In this document: positions 25,877-34,381 of the stretch, piece after piece
Layout: each line of letters begins with the position of its first letter
How positions within the stretch are numbered: position 1 is the stretch's first letter
The notes under the pieces: model-generated
Told to the model about the DNA's origin: nothing
Seen by the model: only the letters and a program-made list of their open reading frames with translations
Databases searched by the model: none
NCBI GenBank assembly: GCA_964527265.1
Contig: CAZGOM010000006.1
Location: 3,259 to 67,258 of the forward strand
Reading direction: 5' to 3'
DNA length: 64,000 bases
Origin: an uncultured Phycisphaeraceae bacterium
Lineage (GTDB): Bacteria; Planctomycetota; Phycisphaerae; Phycisphaerales; Phycisphaeraceae
Position numbers and translations under genes: made by a program

Positions 25877-26260
25877 ATGAAGAATTCATTTTGTGTGATC
25901 GGGATGCTTGTGGTGCTGATGTGCGCTGGGCTCATAGGGTGCGCGAGTGAACCGGAACGCAAATGGTTCACAGCGGAGACAGGGCCGGATCCGGCGCAGG
26001 TGGATCGATTGAGGCCGTTTGTTGGGATGGCGGACCAGAGAGCGGCGGCCTATTTGGCGCAGAAGGGGTATCAAGAGCCAGTGCGCGCACTTGAAGGTTA
26101 TGACCGGGCATTTTTAGAAGAGACGCGTGAAGATGGGCGCAAGGAATTCACAGTGCTGTACACGCAACGGAAAATCGACCCGTCTGTGAATGCTGAAGCC
26201 GCGCGATTCAGGGTGGTGGTGGATGAGGAGAACAAGAAAGCGATGCTGGTGGAACGGTGA
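25877..26260 (+). CDS. small lipoprotein, hypothetical
   Basis: MKNSFCVIGMLVVLMCAGLIGCASE carries a lipobox (LIGC). Confidence 0.6.
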   Translation: MKNSFCVIGMLVVLMCAGLIGCASEPERKWFTAETGPDPAQVDRLRPFVGMADQRAAAYLAQKGYQEPVRALEGYDRAFLEETREDGRKEFTVLYTQRKIDPSVNAEAARFRVVVDEENKKAMLVER

Positions 26261-26274
26261 GGACGGAGGCAGGA

Positions 26275-26303
26275 TTGGACAATTTTGGGCGATTGCGGAT
26301 AAT
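26275..26303 (+). promoter_or_regulatory. sigma70-like promoter TTGGAC-17-GATAAT for tRNA-Gly
   Basis: The -10 box ends 12 nt before the mature tRNA 5' end. Confidence 0.5.
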
Positions 26304-26315
26304 AAGACATCAACC

Positions 26316-26387
26316 GCGGGCGTAACTCAATGGTAGAGTGTCAGCCTTCCAAGCTGAATGTTACGGGTTCGAGTCCCGTTGCCCGCT
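26316..26387 (+). tRNA. tRNA-Gly (anticodon UCC)
   Basis: GCGGGCG acceptor stem, D-loop TCAATGGTAGAG, anticodon loop CT-TCC-AA, T-arm GGGTTCGAGTCCCG, acceptor 3' strand TGCCCGC. CCA is not encoded. Confidence 0.9.
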
Positions 26388-26394
26388 TTCTAAG

Positions 26395-26424
26395 AAAAAC
26401 CCCTTCAATGAAGGGGTTTTTGCT
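26395..26424 (+). terminator. intrinsic terminator after tRNA-Gly
   Basis: AAAAA-CCCCTTC-AAT-GAAGGGG-TTTTTGCTTT. Confidence 0.7.
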
Positions 26425-26464
26425 TTAAATCGTTAAGTTAAGAATTTCAGCCTGCGGTGTGCTT

Positions 26465-27580
26465 TTAAGTGCCGGCGAGCGTCAGGCGGGCGTGGTCGGC
26501 GGCGGCGAGGGCTGCGCCTTGGGCTACGGCGCGGCTTGCCAGGGCGGCTTGTTTGATGGGGATGATACGGTTGGTGATTTTGAGGAGGCGGGCGTCAAGG
26601 GCGGCCTGGGTGTGGGCGATGAAATGGGTGTTGGCGAGGGGTTGGTCACCCCCGAGGATGATGGCCTGAGGGTCCAGAAGGTTTGCGATGTGGGCAATGG
26701 AGATGCCGACGTCGCGGGCGAGGGATTGGAGGAAAGGGGAGAGAGTGGCGTGAGGGGAGGCGAGGTCGGCGAGATCCTGATGGGTGCCGACAAGGCCATC
26801 GGGGGGTGTCATTCCGATGTCGAGTTCGCCGGCGGCGAAGTGGATGCCGCGGTAGAGCTCACCACGAAGGAAGATGGCAGCGCCGTAGGATTTGAAGTCG
26901 ACAGCATGAGAAGAGGGGGTGGGGTTAACTGTGTATGCGATAAAGTCGGTGAGGTCCTGGGCGGCGCCGGATTGGGCTTCGGCGAGAGCGGAGAGGTTGA
27001 CGTTGTGATCGATGTAAGCGGGTGCCCCGAAGCGCATGGCGAGCGGTTGGGCGAGGGGAAGATTGACCGCGTGGAAGGGTGTGGAGAGAAGAATGATGCC
27101 GCGGTGGGCGTCGACGACACCGGGAAGACCGAGACCCAGACCCAGGAGTTGTCCGGCGGGCTTGCCACGTTTGGCGAGCCATGATTCGACGGCTTGAAAG
27201 AGGGTGTCAGGAAGGGTGTGGAGGTCGGGCTTGCCGGGGAGGGTGAGATCGTCGATGAAGGTGCCGGCGGCGTCGTGAAGGACGATGTAGGTGGCCTGCG
27301 TGCGGAGCTCGATGCCCAGGACGTAGCCGAGGTCCGGGTTAATTTCGAGGAGGATCTGTTTTTTGCCGACGAGTGTGGATTCGCGGCGTCCGGCGGTGCG
27401 GAGGAGATTTTTATCCAGCATTTCGCGGACGATGTAGGTCAGGGTAGAGCCACGCAGGCCGGTCATGTGGGAGAGCTGGATGCGGGAGAGGGTTTTGTGC
27501 TGGCGAAAGAGAAGCATGGCCATGCGGCGGTTTGCGGTGGCGCTGGTGGTCTGGTTGGATTTGGTGGCTGAGATGATCAT
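26465..27580 (-). CDS. ROK family transcriptional regulator (NagC/XylR-like)
   Basis: The N-terminal wHTH (RRMAMLLFRQHKTLSRIQLSHMTGLRGSTLTYIVREMLDKNLL) is followed by a ROK sugar-kinase-like fold (LGLGLPGVVD...). I placed the start at the internal Met (MIISATK). The ORF-track N-terminal 77 aa are S/P-rich and overlap the neighbouring gene. Confidence 0.82.
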   Translation of the reverse strand: MIISATKSNQTTSATANRRMAMLLFRQHKTLSRIQLSHMTGLRGSTLTYIVREMLDKNLLRTAGRRESTLVGKKQILLEINPDLGYVLGIELRTQATYIVLHDAAGTFIDDLTLPGKPDLHTLPDTLFQAVESWLAKRGKPAGQLLGLGLGLPGVVDAHRGIILLSTPFHAVNLPLAQPLAMRFGAPAYIDHNVNLSALAEAQSGAAQDLTDFIAYTVNPTPSSHAVDFKSYGAAIFLRGELYRGIHFAAGELDIGMTPPDGLVGTHQDLADLASPHATLSPFLQSLARDVGISIAHIANLLDPQAIILGGDQPLANTHFIAHTQAALDARLLKITNRIIPIKQAALASRAVAQGAALAAADHARLTLAGT

Positions 27581-27582
27581 TG

Positions 27583-27621
27583 TGGGGAGGGGCTGGGGGC
27601 TAGGGTCTGGGGTCTTGTCAG
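27583..27621 (+). repeat. G-tract array GGGGA GGGGCT GGGGGCTA GGGTCT GGGGTCTTGTCAGA
   Basis: Five G3-5 runs directly abut the ROK start codon. The 3' flank GGGTCTTGTCAGA resembles GGGTTTTGTCAGA at 39692-39704. Confidence 0.8.
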
Positions 27622-27728
27622 AAGGATAGAGTTTTTCCGGGGAAATCCAAGTGGGTTTCAGAGCAGTTTTGAGACGCAGGGCTGATACGAATCCGATCTG
27701 TGGCACGCGGTGCGGCTGTGCTTGAACT

Positions 27729-28397
27729 TTACTGGTGGGTGAAGGTGACCCAGGGCTGGATGATTTGCTCGTTTGCGACGGTGGCGACGCGGGCGTCCAT
27801 GAAAAGGACATTGCCGCGGGTCATGTGGCGGGTGGGGTCAGGGAGCCGGGTGGTGTAGTTGGAGCGGTCGAAGACCCAGCCGATGACGGAAGAGGTGATA
27901 AGGGGGGCGGTGGAATCCCAGAGTACGGCGTATTCACCCGGGAGGGTGACTTGATCGATGCGTTTACCGATGGGTGAGCCGGTGGTGGAGGCGCCTTTGC
28001 CGTAGGAGTTGAGGTCGGCGTTGAAGCCATAGCCGCCGCCGAGCTCCCATTTCTGGACGAGGGGATCGGTGGGGCGAAGAGTTTCGGCAGGGCATTCAAA
28101 GATGGAGATTTTTGCTTTGGGCAGGCGGCCTGAGTTGATGAGGGTGGTGGGCCAGCGGCTGACGCCATCGCTGTGGGTGAGCCAGCGGTGGCCGTAATCG
28201 CCTGCGTAGCCAGACATGGACTGCCCGATCTGGCGGAGGCCGGAGGAGCAGCGGATGACGTTTGCAGTGTCGCGTGCTTTGCTGAGGGCGGGGAGGGCGA
28301 TACCGATGAGGAGGGCGATGATGGAAATGACGACGAGGAGCTCGATAAGGCTAAAGCCGCGGAGCGCCTTGGCGAGGGCGGGAGAGGGGTGTGACAT
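27729..28397 (-). CDS. prepilin-type N-terminal cleavage/methylation domain protein (DUF1559-like)
   Basis: LRGFSLIELLVVISIIALLIGIALPALSKARDTANVIRC N-terminal pilin-like helix. Confidence 0.9.
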   Translation of the reverse strand: MSHPSPALAKALRGFSLIELLVVISIIALLIGIALPALSKARDTANVIRCSSGLRQIGQSMSGYAGDYGHRWLTHSDGVSRWPTTLINSGRLPKAKISIFECPAETLRPTDPLVQKWELGGGYGFNADLNSYGKGASTTGSPIGKRIDQVTLPGEYAVLWDSTAPLITSSVIGWVFDRSNYTTRLPDPTRHMTRGNVLFMDARVATVANEQIIQPWVTFTHQ

Positions 28398-28482
28398 GGC
28401 GTTGGTCTCCAGGCGGGTAAGTCCCGCCGACGTGCACGGACGTGGTGCATGGGTCGACAGGTAAGTGTAGGTGTCTGATTGA

Positions 28483-28510
28483 AGAATAGCGGTTGAAATG
28501 GGTAAGTCAA
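28483..28510 (-). promoter_or_regulatory. sigma70-like promoter TTGACT-16-TATTCT for 27729..28397
   Basis: Read on the reverse strand, about 85 nt upstream of the ATG. Confidence 0.4.
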
Positions 28511-28573
28511 CAAAAATTAGATCAATGAATGAATAAATGTTGCAATGGAGAATTTGAGGGATATAGTCAGGGT

Positions 28574-29590
28574 ATGAAGCACATCAACAAACTTATCGTG
28601 GTCGGGTTGGCAGGGGGGATGCTGATTTCTCTGGGTTGCGCGGGCTCGGCCTGGGCGGCGGAGGAGAAAGGAATCGCTCAGAAGTCCAAGGCGGGAGCCA
28701 AGCGGGTGACGGGCGTGAGCGGGCTGTGGGTGTGGCAGGCCAAGAGCGTGGGGACGCCGGAGGCGCGGCGTGAGCTGGTGGCGTTTGCGGCCAAGCACGG
28801 CTTCAACCGGTTGTTTGTGCAGGTGCGGTTTGAGTCTGGATCTGTGGCGGCGGGCAAGCCGGTGGTGTCGGATGCGGAGGGGTGGAAGGACCTGGTGAGC
28901 TCTGCCAAGGAGAAGGGGATTGTGATTGAGGCGTTGGATGGGGACCCGGAAATGGCGCGGGGTGCGAACCATGGGAAACTACTGGCGAAGCTGGATGCGA
29001 TCATCGCAATGGACAAGGGGCTGCCGGAAGGGGCGAAACTGGCGGGGGTGCATTACGACATTGAGCCGTACACGGCGAAGGCGTGGAAGGAGGGGGATCG
29101 GCAAGCGGTGATGAAGGAGTTTCTGGATGGATTCTGGGCGATGAAAAAGAAGCTTGATGTGGATGCGCCGCACATGGTTTTGGGGGCGGATATCCCGTTC
29201 TGGTACGACAACAAGACCAAGGAAGATGACAGCTGCGTGGTGGAATACGGCGGGAAGACGAAGAACTTTCAGGAACATATCCAGGATGTGACGGATTACA
29301 TCGGTGTGATGTCGTATCGCCGGAAGGCGACGGGAGGCAACTCCGTGACAGCGGTGGTGGAGAACGAGGTGGCATATGCGCAGAAGATCGGCAAGACAGT
29401 TTGCGCAGCTCTGGAGACGGGGCAGGTGAAAGAGACGCCGACGGTGAGCTTCTATGGCGTGCCGGTGGAAGAGTTTTGGGCGCAGAAGAAACTGGTGGAA
29501 GACACGCTGGGCAAGAGCGCGGGATATGGCGGGATCCTTGTGCATTCTTATGAGAATCTGAAGGCATATCTGAGCGAGGGGGCCAAGTAG
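28574..29590 (+). CDS. secreted protein, possibly a glycoside-hydrolase-like TIM barrel (uncertain)
   Basis: Signal peptide MKHINKLIVVGLAGGMLISLGCAGSAWA. Alternating beta/alpha pattern with GLWVW, RLFVQV, IEALDGDPE, GVHYDIEPY, IPFWYD and IGVMSY strand-end motifs. Confidence 0.6.
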   Translation: MKHINKLIVVGLAGGMLISLGCAGSAWAAEEKGIAQKSKAGAKRVTGVSGLWVWQAKSVGTPEARRELVAFAAKHGFNRLFVQVRFESGSVAAGKPVVSDAEGWKDLVSSAKEKGIVIEALDGDPEMARGANHGKLLAKLDAIIAMDKGLPEGAKLAGVHYDIEPYTAKAWKEGDRQAVMKEFLDGFWAMKKKLDVDAPHMVLGADIPFWYDNKTKEDDSCVVEYGGKTKNFQEHIQDVTDYIGVMSYRRKATGGNSVTAVVENEVAYAQKIGKTVCAALETGQVKETPTVSFYGVPVEEFWAQKKLVEDTLGKSAGYGGILVHSYENLKAYLSEGAK

Positions 29591-29646
29591 GGAACGTGGG
29601 CGATTTTTATCAATGGAATGGGCCTTAAAGATTTGGCTTGAATTTC

Positions 29647-29674
29647 TTGACAGTCAGTGGACGATCTATAGACT
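29647..29674 (+). promoter_or_regulatory. sigma70-like promoter TTGACA-16-TAGACT
   Basis: Read directly in an AT-richer 320-bp intergenic region. It would give a ~230-nt leader for the 29910 ORF. Confidence 0.35.
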
Positions 29675-29909
29675 TTGGCGAAGCGGCGTAAAAGCAGGCA
29701 ACGCGCTTTTTTGTGTTGATTTGTGTGAATTCCATGATGAATTCGCTGGTTGAAACAGGCGTTTGAAGTTCGGAGTCAAACGCTGTTGTTTCAGGGATCC
29801 AGATTTTTGATTTTTACCACACCCTGATTTTGTGTGGATACGGCTGACGCAGCCCGTGTGGTGTGTTTGGTTGTTTTATGGCGTTGATGCCGGGGGTTTA
29901 GGGGTCAGC

Positions 29910-30428
29910 ATGGCATATAAGAAGTTGTCTCAACTGACGGATCTGGAATTGGACCGTCTGGTGCATGAGATTGTGGAGGGACGGCTGGTGAAGCTGGACC
30001 CGGATTCGAGTGCGATTTTCGAGATCACCCCCAAGACGCTGCCGGAATACAGCCGGAATCGTTCGGATACTGAAGGGGCGGTACGGGGATTGATTAACTG
30101 CGGCAAGCTCAATACGCGTACGACATGGCCGATTGTGACGGCGCGTTGTCTGTATAAGGGAAAAATCGAGCCGGTGGCGTTTTTGCTGCAGAACAATGGG
30201 CCGCTGAAGGCGGTGCCGGGGGCGAGAAACTGGACGGTGATCCGTGATGGGAAACAGGAGCGTGCGATGTGCGAGCTGCTGGTGTTGCACTTTTGGCATG
30301 GACGGTCGGGGATGCGGGCAATTGATATGAGTGCGTCTGCGACGATGCCGATCAACGGCCTGCCGGGGATGAAACTAGAGGAAGATGGGGTGAGTTGGGC
30401 GATTGAAACGAGTGGTAAGAGGGGTTGA
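29910..30428 (+). CDS. orphan hypothetical protein (172 aa)
   Basis: ORF starting MAYKKLSQLTDLELDRLVHEIVEG, with normal composition and no recognisable family. The ATG at 29910 is preferred to the W/C-rich ORF-track extension. Confidence 0.5.
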   Translation: MAYKKLSQLTDLELDRLVHEIVEGRLVKLDPDSSAIFEITPKTLPEYSRNRSDTEGAVRGLINCGKLNTRTTWPIVTARCLYKGKIEPVAFLLQNNGPLKAVPGARNWTVIRDGKQERAMCELLVLHFWHGRSGMRAIDMSASATMPINGLPGMKLEEDGVSWAIETSGKRG

Positions 30429-30478
30429 GGAAGAAGCCCTCAGTTCCGGGTGGAAGAGGAGTCGAAGAAGGCATGTGG

Positions 30479-31285
30479 TCAATTGAGATTGAGGGTTTGG
30501 CCGGGGGTGATTTGAATGGGTTTGTTATCGGCGGTGGCCCAGATGGTGGTGGCGGTGGGGTTGTGGACGATGCGACCGTCGACGGAGAATTGGAGTTGCT
30601 GGCGGGCGAGGGTGTAGTCGACAAGTTCGATGAGGGTGGGATACCAGAATGTTGCCTGGTTTGAGGCGCGTTTGCAGAGGGCGGTGATATTGTCCCAACC
30701 GACATTGGGGTGGTCGAACTCATAGCTGTGGCCCATGGCGATGAGGGTCTGGTTGGAGAGGCGGTCTGGGAGGGCGAGGAATTTTTCGAGTGTGGCGTTG
30801 GCGTCGGTATGGCGGCAAGTAAAGCCGAGGCGGAGGAAATTGGCTTTGGGGAAGCTGAAGGGGATGATTTCGGTGGTGCGGGCGTATGTGAGGCCGGAGG
30901 CGTCGAGGGTGCGGATGACGCTGTCATCGAATGAGCCGTAGGGGTAAGCGAAGCCGCGGACGGGATAACCGGTGAGGGCTTCGAGGTTTCTGCGGTCATC
31001 GATGACTTCGCGGAAGACATCGGCTGGTGAAGCGAGGGGGAGATGTGGATGAGTAAGAGTGTGGCCGGCGACTTCGTGGTTGGCGTAGAGGGATTTGATT
31101 TCGTCAGGATGAATGAAGCCTGTGTTGCCAAGGCGGGTGGAGTTGAGATGGAATGTGGCACGAATGGCGTGTTGATTGAGGATATCGACGAGGCGGCGGT
31201 CCTGATGGACGCCGTCATCGAAAGAGAGGGTGAAAGCGCGCCGTTTTGCGCCGGGATAGAGATCGAGGAGGAGAGGAGTGGGCAT
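30479..31285 (-). CDS. polysaccharide deacetylase (CE4/NodB) family protein, no signal peptide
   Basis: FTLSFDDG (motif 1) and HEVAGHTLTHPHL (HxxxH motif 2). 268 aa. Confidence 0.9.
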   Translation of the reverse strand: MPTPLLLDLYPGAKRRAFTLSFDDGVHQDRRLVDILNQHAIRATFHLNSTRLGNTGFIHPDEIKSLYANHEVAGHTLTHPHLPLASPADVFREVIDDRRNLEALTGYPVRGFAYPYGSFDDSVIRTLDASGLTYARTTEIIPFSFPKANFLRLGFTCRHTDANATLEKFLALPDRLSNQTLIAMGHSYEFDHPNVGWDNITALCKRASNQATFWYPTLIELVDYTLARQQLQFSVDGRIVHNPTATTIWATADNKPIQITPGQTLNLN

Positions 31286-31340
31286 ATGGATTTTCGTTCA
31301 GCGAGGATTGTTTTTTGGGGCTTAAAAGCAGAACAATGAG

Positions 31341-32147
31341 TCAATTCAGGCTCAGGGTTTGGCGGGGGGTGATCTGGATGGGTTTGTTGTTGAAAGTGGC
31401 CCAGATGGTGGTGGCGGTGGGGTTGTGGACGATGCTGCCGTCGGCGGAAAATTGGAGCCGGAAGCGAGCGAGGGTGTAGTCGACGAGTTCGATGAGGGTG
31501 GGGTACCAGAAAGTGCCCTGGTTGGAGGCACGTTTGCAGAGGGCGGTGATGTTCTCCCAACCGACGCTGGGATGGTCGAATTCGTAGGTGTGGCCCAGGA
31601 CGATGAGAGCTTGGTTGGAGAGGCGGTCCGGGAGGGTGAGGAATTTTTCGAGGGCGGTGTTTGCGTCGGTGTGGTAGGAGGTTATTCCGAGGCGGAGGAA
31701 GTTGGTGTTGGGAAAGTCGAAGGGCATGATTTGGCCGGTGCGGGCGTAGGTGAGGCCGGAAGACTGAAGAATGGAAACGATGCGGTCGTCGAATTCGCCG
31801 TAGGGGTAAGCAAAGCCGCGGACGGGATAGCCCGTGAGGGTTTCGAGGTTTCTGCGGTCGTCGAGGACTTCACGGAGAATTTCGGAGGCGCTGAGCTGAG
31901 GGAGATGGGGGTGGGTGAGGGTGTGGCTGGCAACTTCGTGGTTGGTGTAGAGAGATTTGACTTCGTCAGCGTGGACACGGTTTTCGTTGCCTAGAAAGGC
32001 GGAGTTTAAGTGGAAGGTGCCACGGAGAGAGTGCTGGTTTAAGAGTTCGATGAAGCGGCGATCCTGGACGACGCCGTCGTCGAAGGAAAAAGTGAAAGCA
32101 CGGCGTTTTGCGCCTGGGTAGAGGTTGAGGAGGAGTGGGTATCGCAT
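31341..32147 (-). CDS. polysaccharide deacetylase (CE4/NodB) family protein, tandem paralog
   Basis: FTFSFDDG and HEVASHTLTHPHL. It is also 268 aa and aligns without gaps to 30479..31285. Confidence 0.9.
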   Translation of the reverse strand: MRYPLLLNLYPGAKRRAFTFSFDDGVVQDRRFIELLNQHSLRGTFHLNSAFLGNENRVHADEVKSLYTNHEVASHTLTHPHLPQLSASEILREVLDDRRNLETLTGYPVRGFAYPYGEFDDRIVSILQSSGLTYARTGQIMPFDFPNTNFLRLGITSYHTDANTALEKFLTLPDRLSNQALIVLGHTYEFDHPSVGWENITALCKRASNQGTFWYPTLIELVDYTLARFRLQFSADGSIVHNPTATTIWATFNNKPIQITPRQTLSLN

Positions 32148-32343
32148 GGGGAGTTTCGCTTGATGGGTGAGTGGAAGGAAGATGAAAGTGAGCAGAAATA
32201 GTATCCAAAATGCACAGGTATTCTCGCGTGGTAGAAACCTACCACAGAGAGGGAAGATTGATCGAATGATTTGGACAGCCGCCGGAGTAATGCGTCACAC
32301 ATGAGGCGCACGGTATTCATTCACGGAAAGCCGGGTTGTAGGC

Positions 32344-32703
32344 ATGCACGAAAAAGAGAGGGAGACGAAAGGCAGCAGACGTCACGAATTGAAGACGAAT
32401 TGGCGGGCGCTTATTGCCTTGGTGGGGTTTGTTGCTTTTTTTATTGTGACATTCCAGCTCGGGTGGTGGCCAGAGAGACACGCGTGGATATCTTGCCCGA
32501 CGTTGCCTGAGACAGAGGAGTCTGAGGCTTCTAGGTTCATATTGCCGGTTTGCGGGCCGCGGCCGATACCCGAAGAGGTATTGGAACCGGAGGCTGATGT
32601 GATGTTTGAGGAGTTGGATGGGAAATTGAGTGGGGGCTTAGGTTGCGGCGAGGGTGCCGTCTTCGACGAGTTCGAGCTTGCCGGTTTCAGGGTGGATGAC
32701 TAA
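32344..32703 (+). CDS. questionable small membrane protein
   Basis: It has one TM helix (WRALIALVGFVAFFIVTFQLGWW), but its last ~22 codons overlap the convergent carbonic anhydrase gene. Confidence 0.25.
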   Translation: MHEKERETKGSRRHELKTNWRALIALVGFVAFFIVTFQLGWWPERHAWISCPTLPETEESEASRFILPVCGPRPIPEEVLEPEADVMFEELDGKLSGGLGCGEGAVFDEFELAGFRVDD

Positions 32704-33207
32704 GCCGTGGATGGCGATGTTTTTGGGCATTAGAGGGTGAGAGCGTACGAGTTTCACGCTTTCGGAGACGGCTGCGGTGACGTTTTCAAAGCCAGTGAGC
32801 CAGTGTTCGAGGTTGACGCCGGACTGGCGGATGGAGACGAGGGTTTCTTCGGAGATGCCGCGGGTCTTTGCTTTGGTGAGGATGCGGGAGCAACTGAGGC
32901 CGGCCATGCCGCACTCGTGGTGGCCGATAATGGCGACGTCGGTGGCGCCGAGTTCGTAGATTGCGATGAGAATGGAGCGCATAACGCTGCCCCAAGGGTG
33001 GGAGACAATGGCGCCGGCGTTTTTGATGATTTTGACGTCGCCGTTGCGGATATTCATGGAGCGTGGCAGCAGCTCAGTGAGCCGGGTGTCCATGCAGGTG
33101 AGAATGACGAGTTTTTTGTTGGGAAACCGGTCGGTTTTGAACGACTCGTATTCCTTAGATTCGACGAATTTTTCGTTGAAGGCGAGGATTTCGTTGAGGA
33201 TGGACAT
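32638..33207 (-). CDS. beta-class carbonic anhydrase
   Basis: Zinc-ligand motifs CMDTRL (CxDxR) and GHHECGM (HxxC). Confidence 0.9.
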   Translation of the reverse strand: MSILNEILAFNEKFVESKEYESFKTDRFPNKKLVILTCMDTRLTELLPRSMNIRNGDVKIIKNAGAIVSHPWGSVMRSILIAIYELGATDVAIIGHHECGMAGLSCSRILTKAKTRGISEETLVSIRQSGVNLEHWLTGFENVTAAVSESVKLVRSHPLMPKNIAIHGLVIHPETGKLELVEDGTLAAT

Positions 33208-33399
33208 GGGGGGAATTATATGGTTTTTGGCCTGAATTCACAAGTTTAAGTCAGCGTCAAGGATGTAATGCCTAGATGTTCGCGATAGAAATGGAGGATA
33301 GAAAAGGATTTGTGAATGTGTGAAGGGAGGGAGGGAGGAGTGATGTTGTGCGTTATGCGGGTAGAATCCCGGCCCGGTTCTTTTTTTGATTGAAGGCCT

Positions 33400-34320
33400 T
33401 TGATGTCGGGCGGCCACACAACCCATGTTCCCAATCGCGGGGCGACACTGTTGGGGTTTGGCGCGATTTTGCTGTGGGCGTCGCTGACGGCGTTGACCAA
33501 GACGGTTGCGAAGGTGCCGGCGTTGGAATTGACGTGCATTACGTTTTCGCTGGCGTTTGGGATGGCATTGCTGGTGTGGATGGTGAAGCGGGAACCGGTG
33601 CTGGTGAAGTTCCGCATGCCGTGGGTGCAATGGGCGGTGGGTGTGCCCGCGGTGACGGGGAACATCGTGTTTTACTTTATCGGGATGCAGTATGCGCCGA
33701 CGGAGCAGGCGAACATGCTGAATTACCTTTGGCCACTGGAACTGGTGATCTTGTCGAGTTTTTTGCCGGGAGGGCGGTTGAAGTGGACGCATATGATGGG
33801 TGTGGTACTGGGGGTGGCTGGGATTGTGGTGCTTTTTGTGGGCAAGGGCGCCGGTGGGTTTAGGGCGGAAGCGTTCTGGGGGTATCTGGCGGCGTTTTCG
33901 GGTGGCCTGTGCTGGGCGGGGTACAGCGTGTTCAGACGGGCGACGGCCGCCAGCGCAGGGACGGCGGCTGGGCCGGACGCGATCATGATGTTTGTGGGCG
34001 GGACGGCGGTGGTGACGGGAGTGCTGCATTTGATGTTTGAGAAGACGTACATCCCGGAGACGGCAAGGGAATGGGTGGGGCTCGTGGTGATGGGGCTGGG
34101 GCCGACATATGCGGCATACAGCCTTTGGGAAGTGGGCATCAAGAAGGGGGATCTCCGGCTGCTGGGGGTGGGGTCGTTCATGGTGCCGTTGATATCGACG
34201 TGCCTGCTGGTGGCAGGCGGGTGGGTGGGGTATAGCGGGTCGCTGCTGCTTTCGTGCGTGCTGATTGTGGCGGGGGCGGGGATGGCGTCGCTGGATGCGC
34301 TGATGAAGCCGAAGGGATGA
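33400..34320 (+). CDS. DMT superfamily (EamA-like) transporter
   Basis: About 10 hydrophobic helices in two EamA-like halves (GFGAILLWASLTALTK ...). Confidence 0.85.
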   Translation: MMSGGHTTHVPNRGATLLGFGAILLWASLTALTKTVAKVPALELTCITFSLAFGMALLVWMVKREPVLVKFRMPWVQWAVGVPAVTGNIVFYFIGMQYAPTEQANMLNYLWPLELVILSSFLPGGRLKWTHMMGVVLGVAGIVVLFVGKGAGGFRAEAFWGYLAAFSGGLCWAGYSVFRRATAASAGTAAGPDAIMMFVGGTAVVTGVLHLMFEKTYIPETAREWVGLVVMGLGPTYAAYSLWEVGIKKGDLRLLGVGSFMVPLISTCLLVAGGWVGYSGSLLLSCVLIVAGAGMASLDALMKPKG

Positions 34321-34381
34321 GGAAGGCAAGGTGTAAGGGATAAGCTACGGGCAGGGGGAGAGTTGGGAACAAGGGGTTTGG

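Noticed and set aside
27701-27716. TGGCACGCGGTGCGGC as a possible sigma-54 promoter.
   Set aside because: It lacks the -12 TTGC element at the correct spacing and points away from any downstream gene on that strand.
26465-27811. Full 448-aa ORF-track version of the ROK gene, and similar 5' extensions at 3319, 13728, 14308, 15282, 21647, 24757, 25817, 28529, 29832, 35056, 39827, 47085, 47915, 52019 and 57338.
   Set aside because: The extensions are compositionally odd, overlap neighbouring genes or intergenic signals, and precede Met residues that match the conserved family N-termini.
29621-29633. 13-mer GGCCTTAAAGATT shared between 29621-29633 and 40565-40577.
   Set aside because: A single 13-nt match is expected by chance many times among ~2x10^9 position pairs in 64 kb, and there is no extended similarity around it.
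30352-31560. 402-aa minus-strand ORF spanning both CE4 genes.
   Set aside because: It is an off-frame P/S/T/H-rich shadow. The two 268-aa CE4 frames carry the catalytic motifs.
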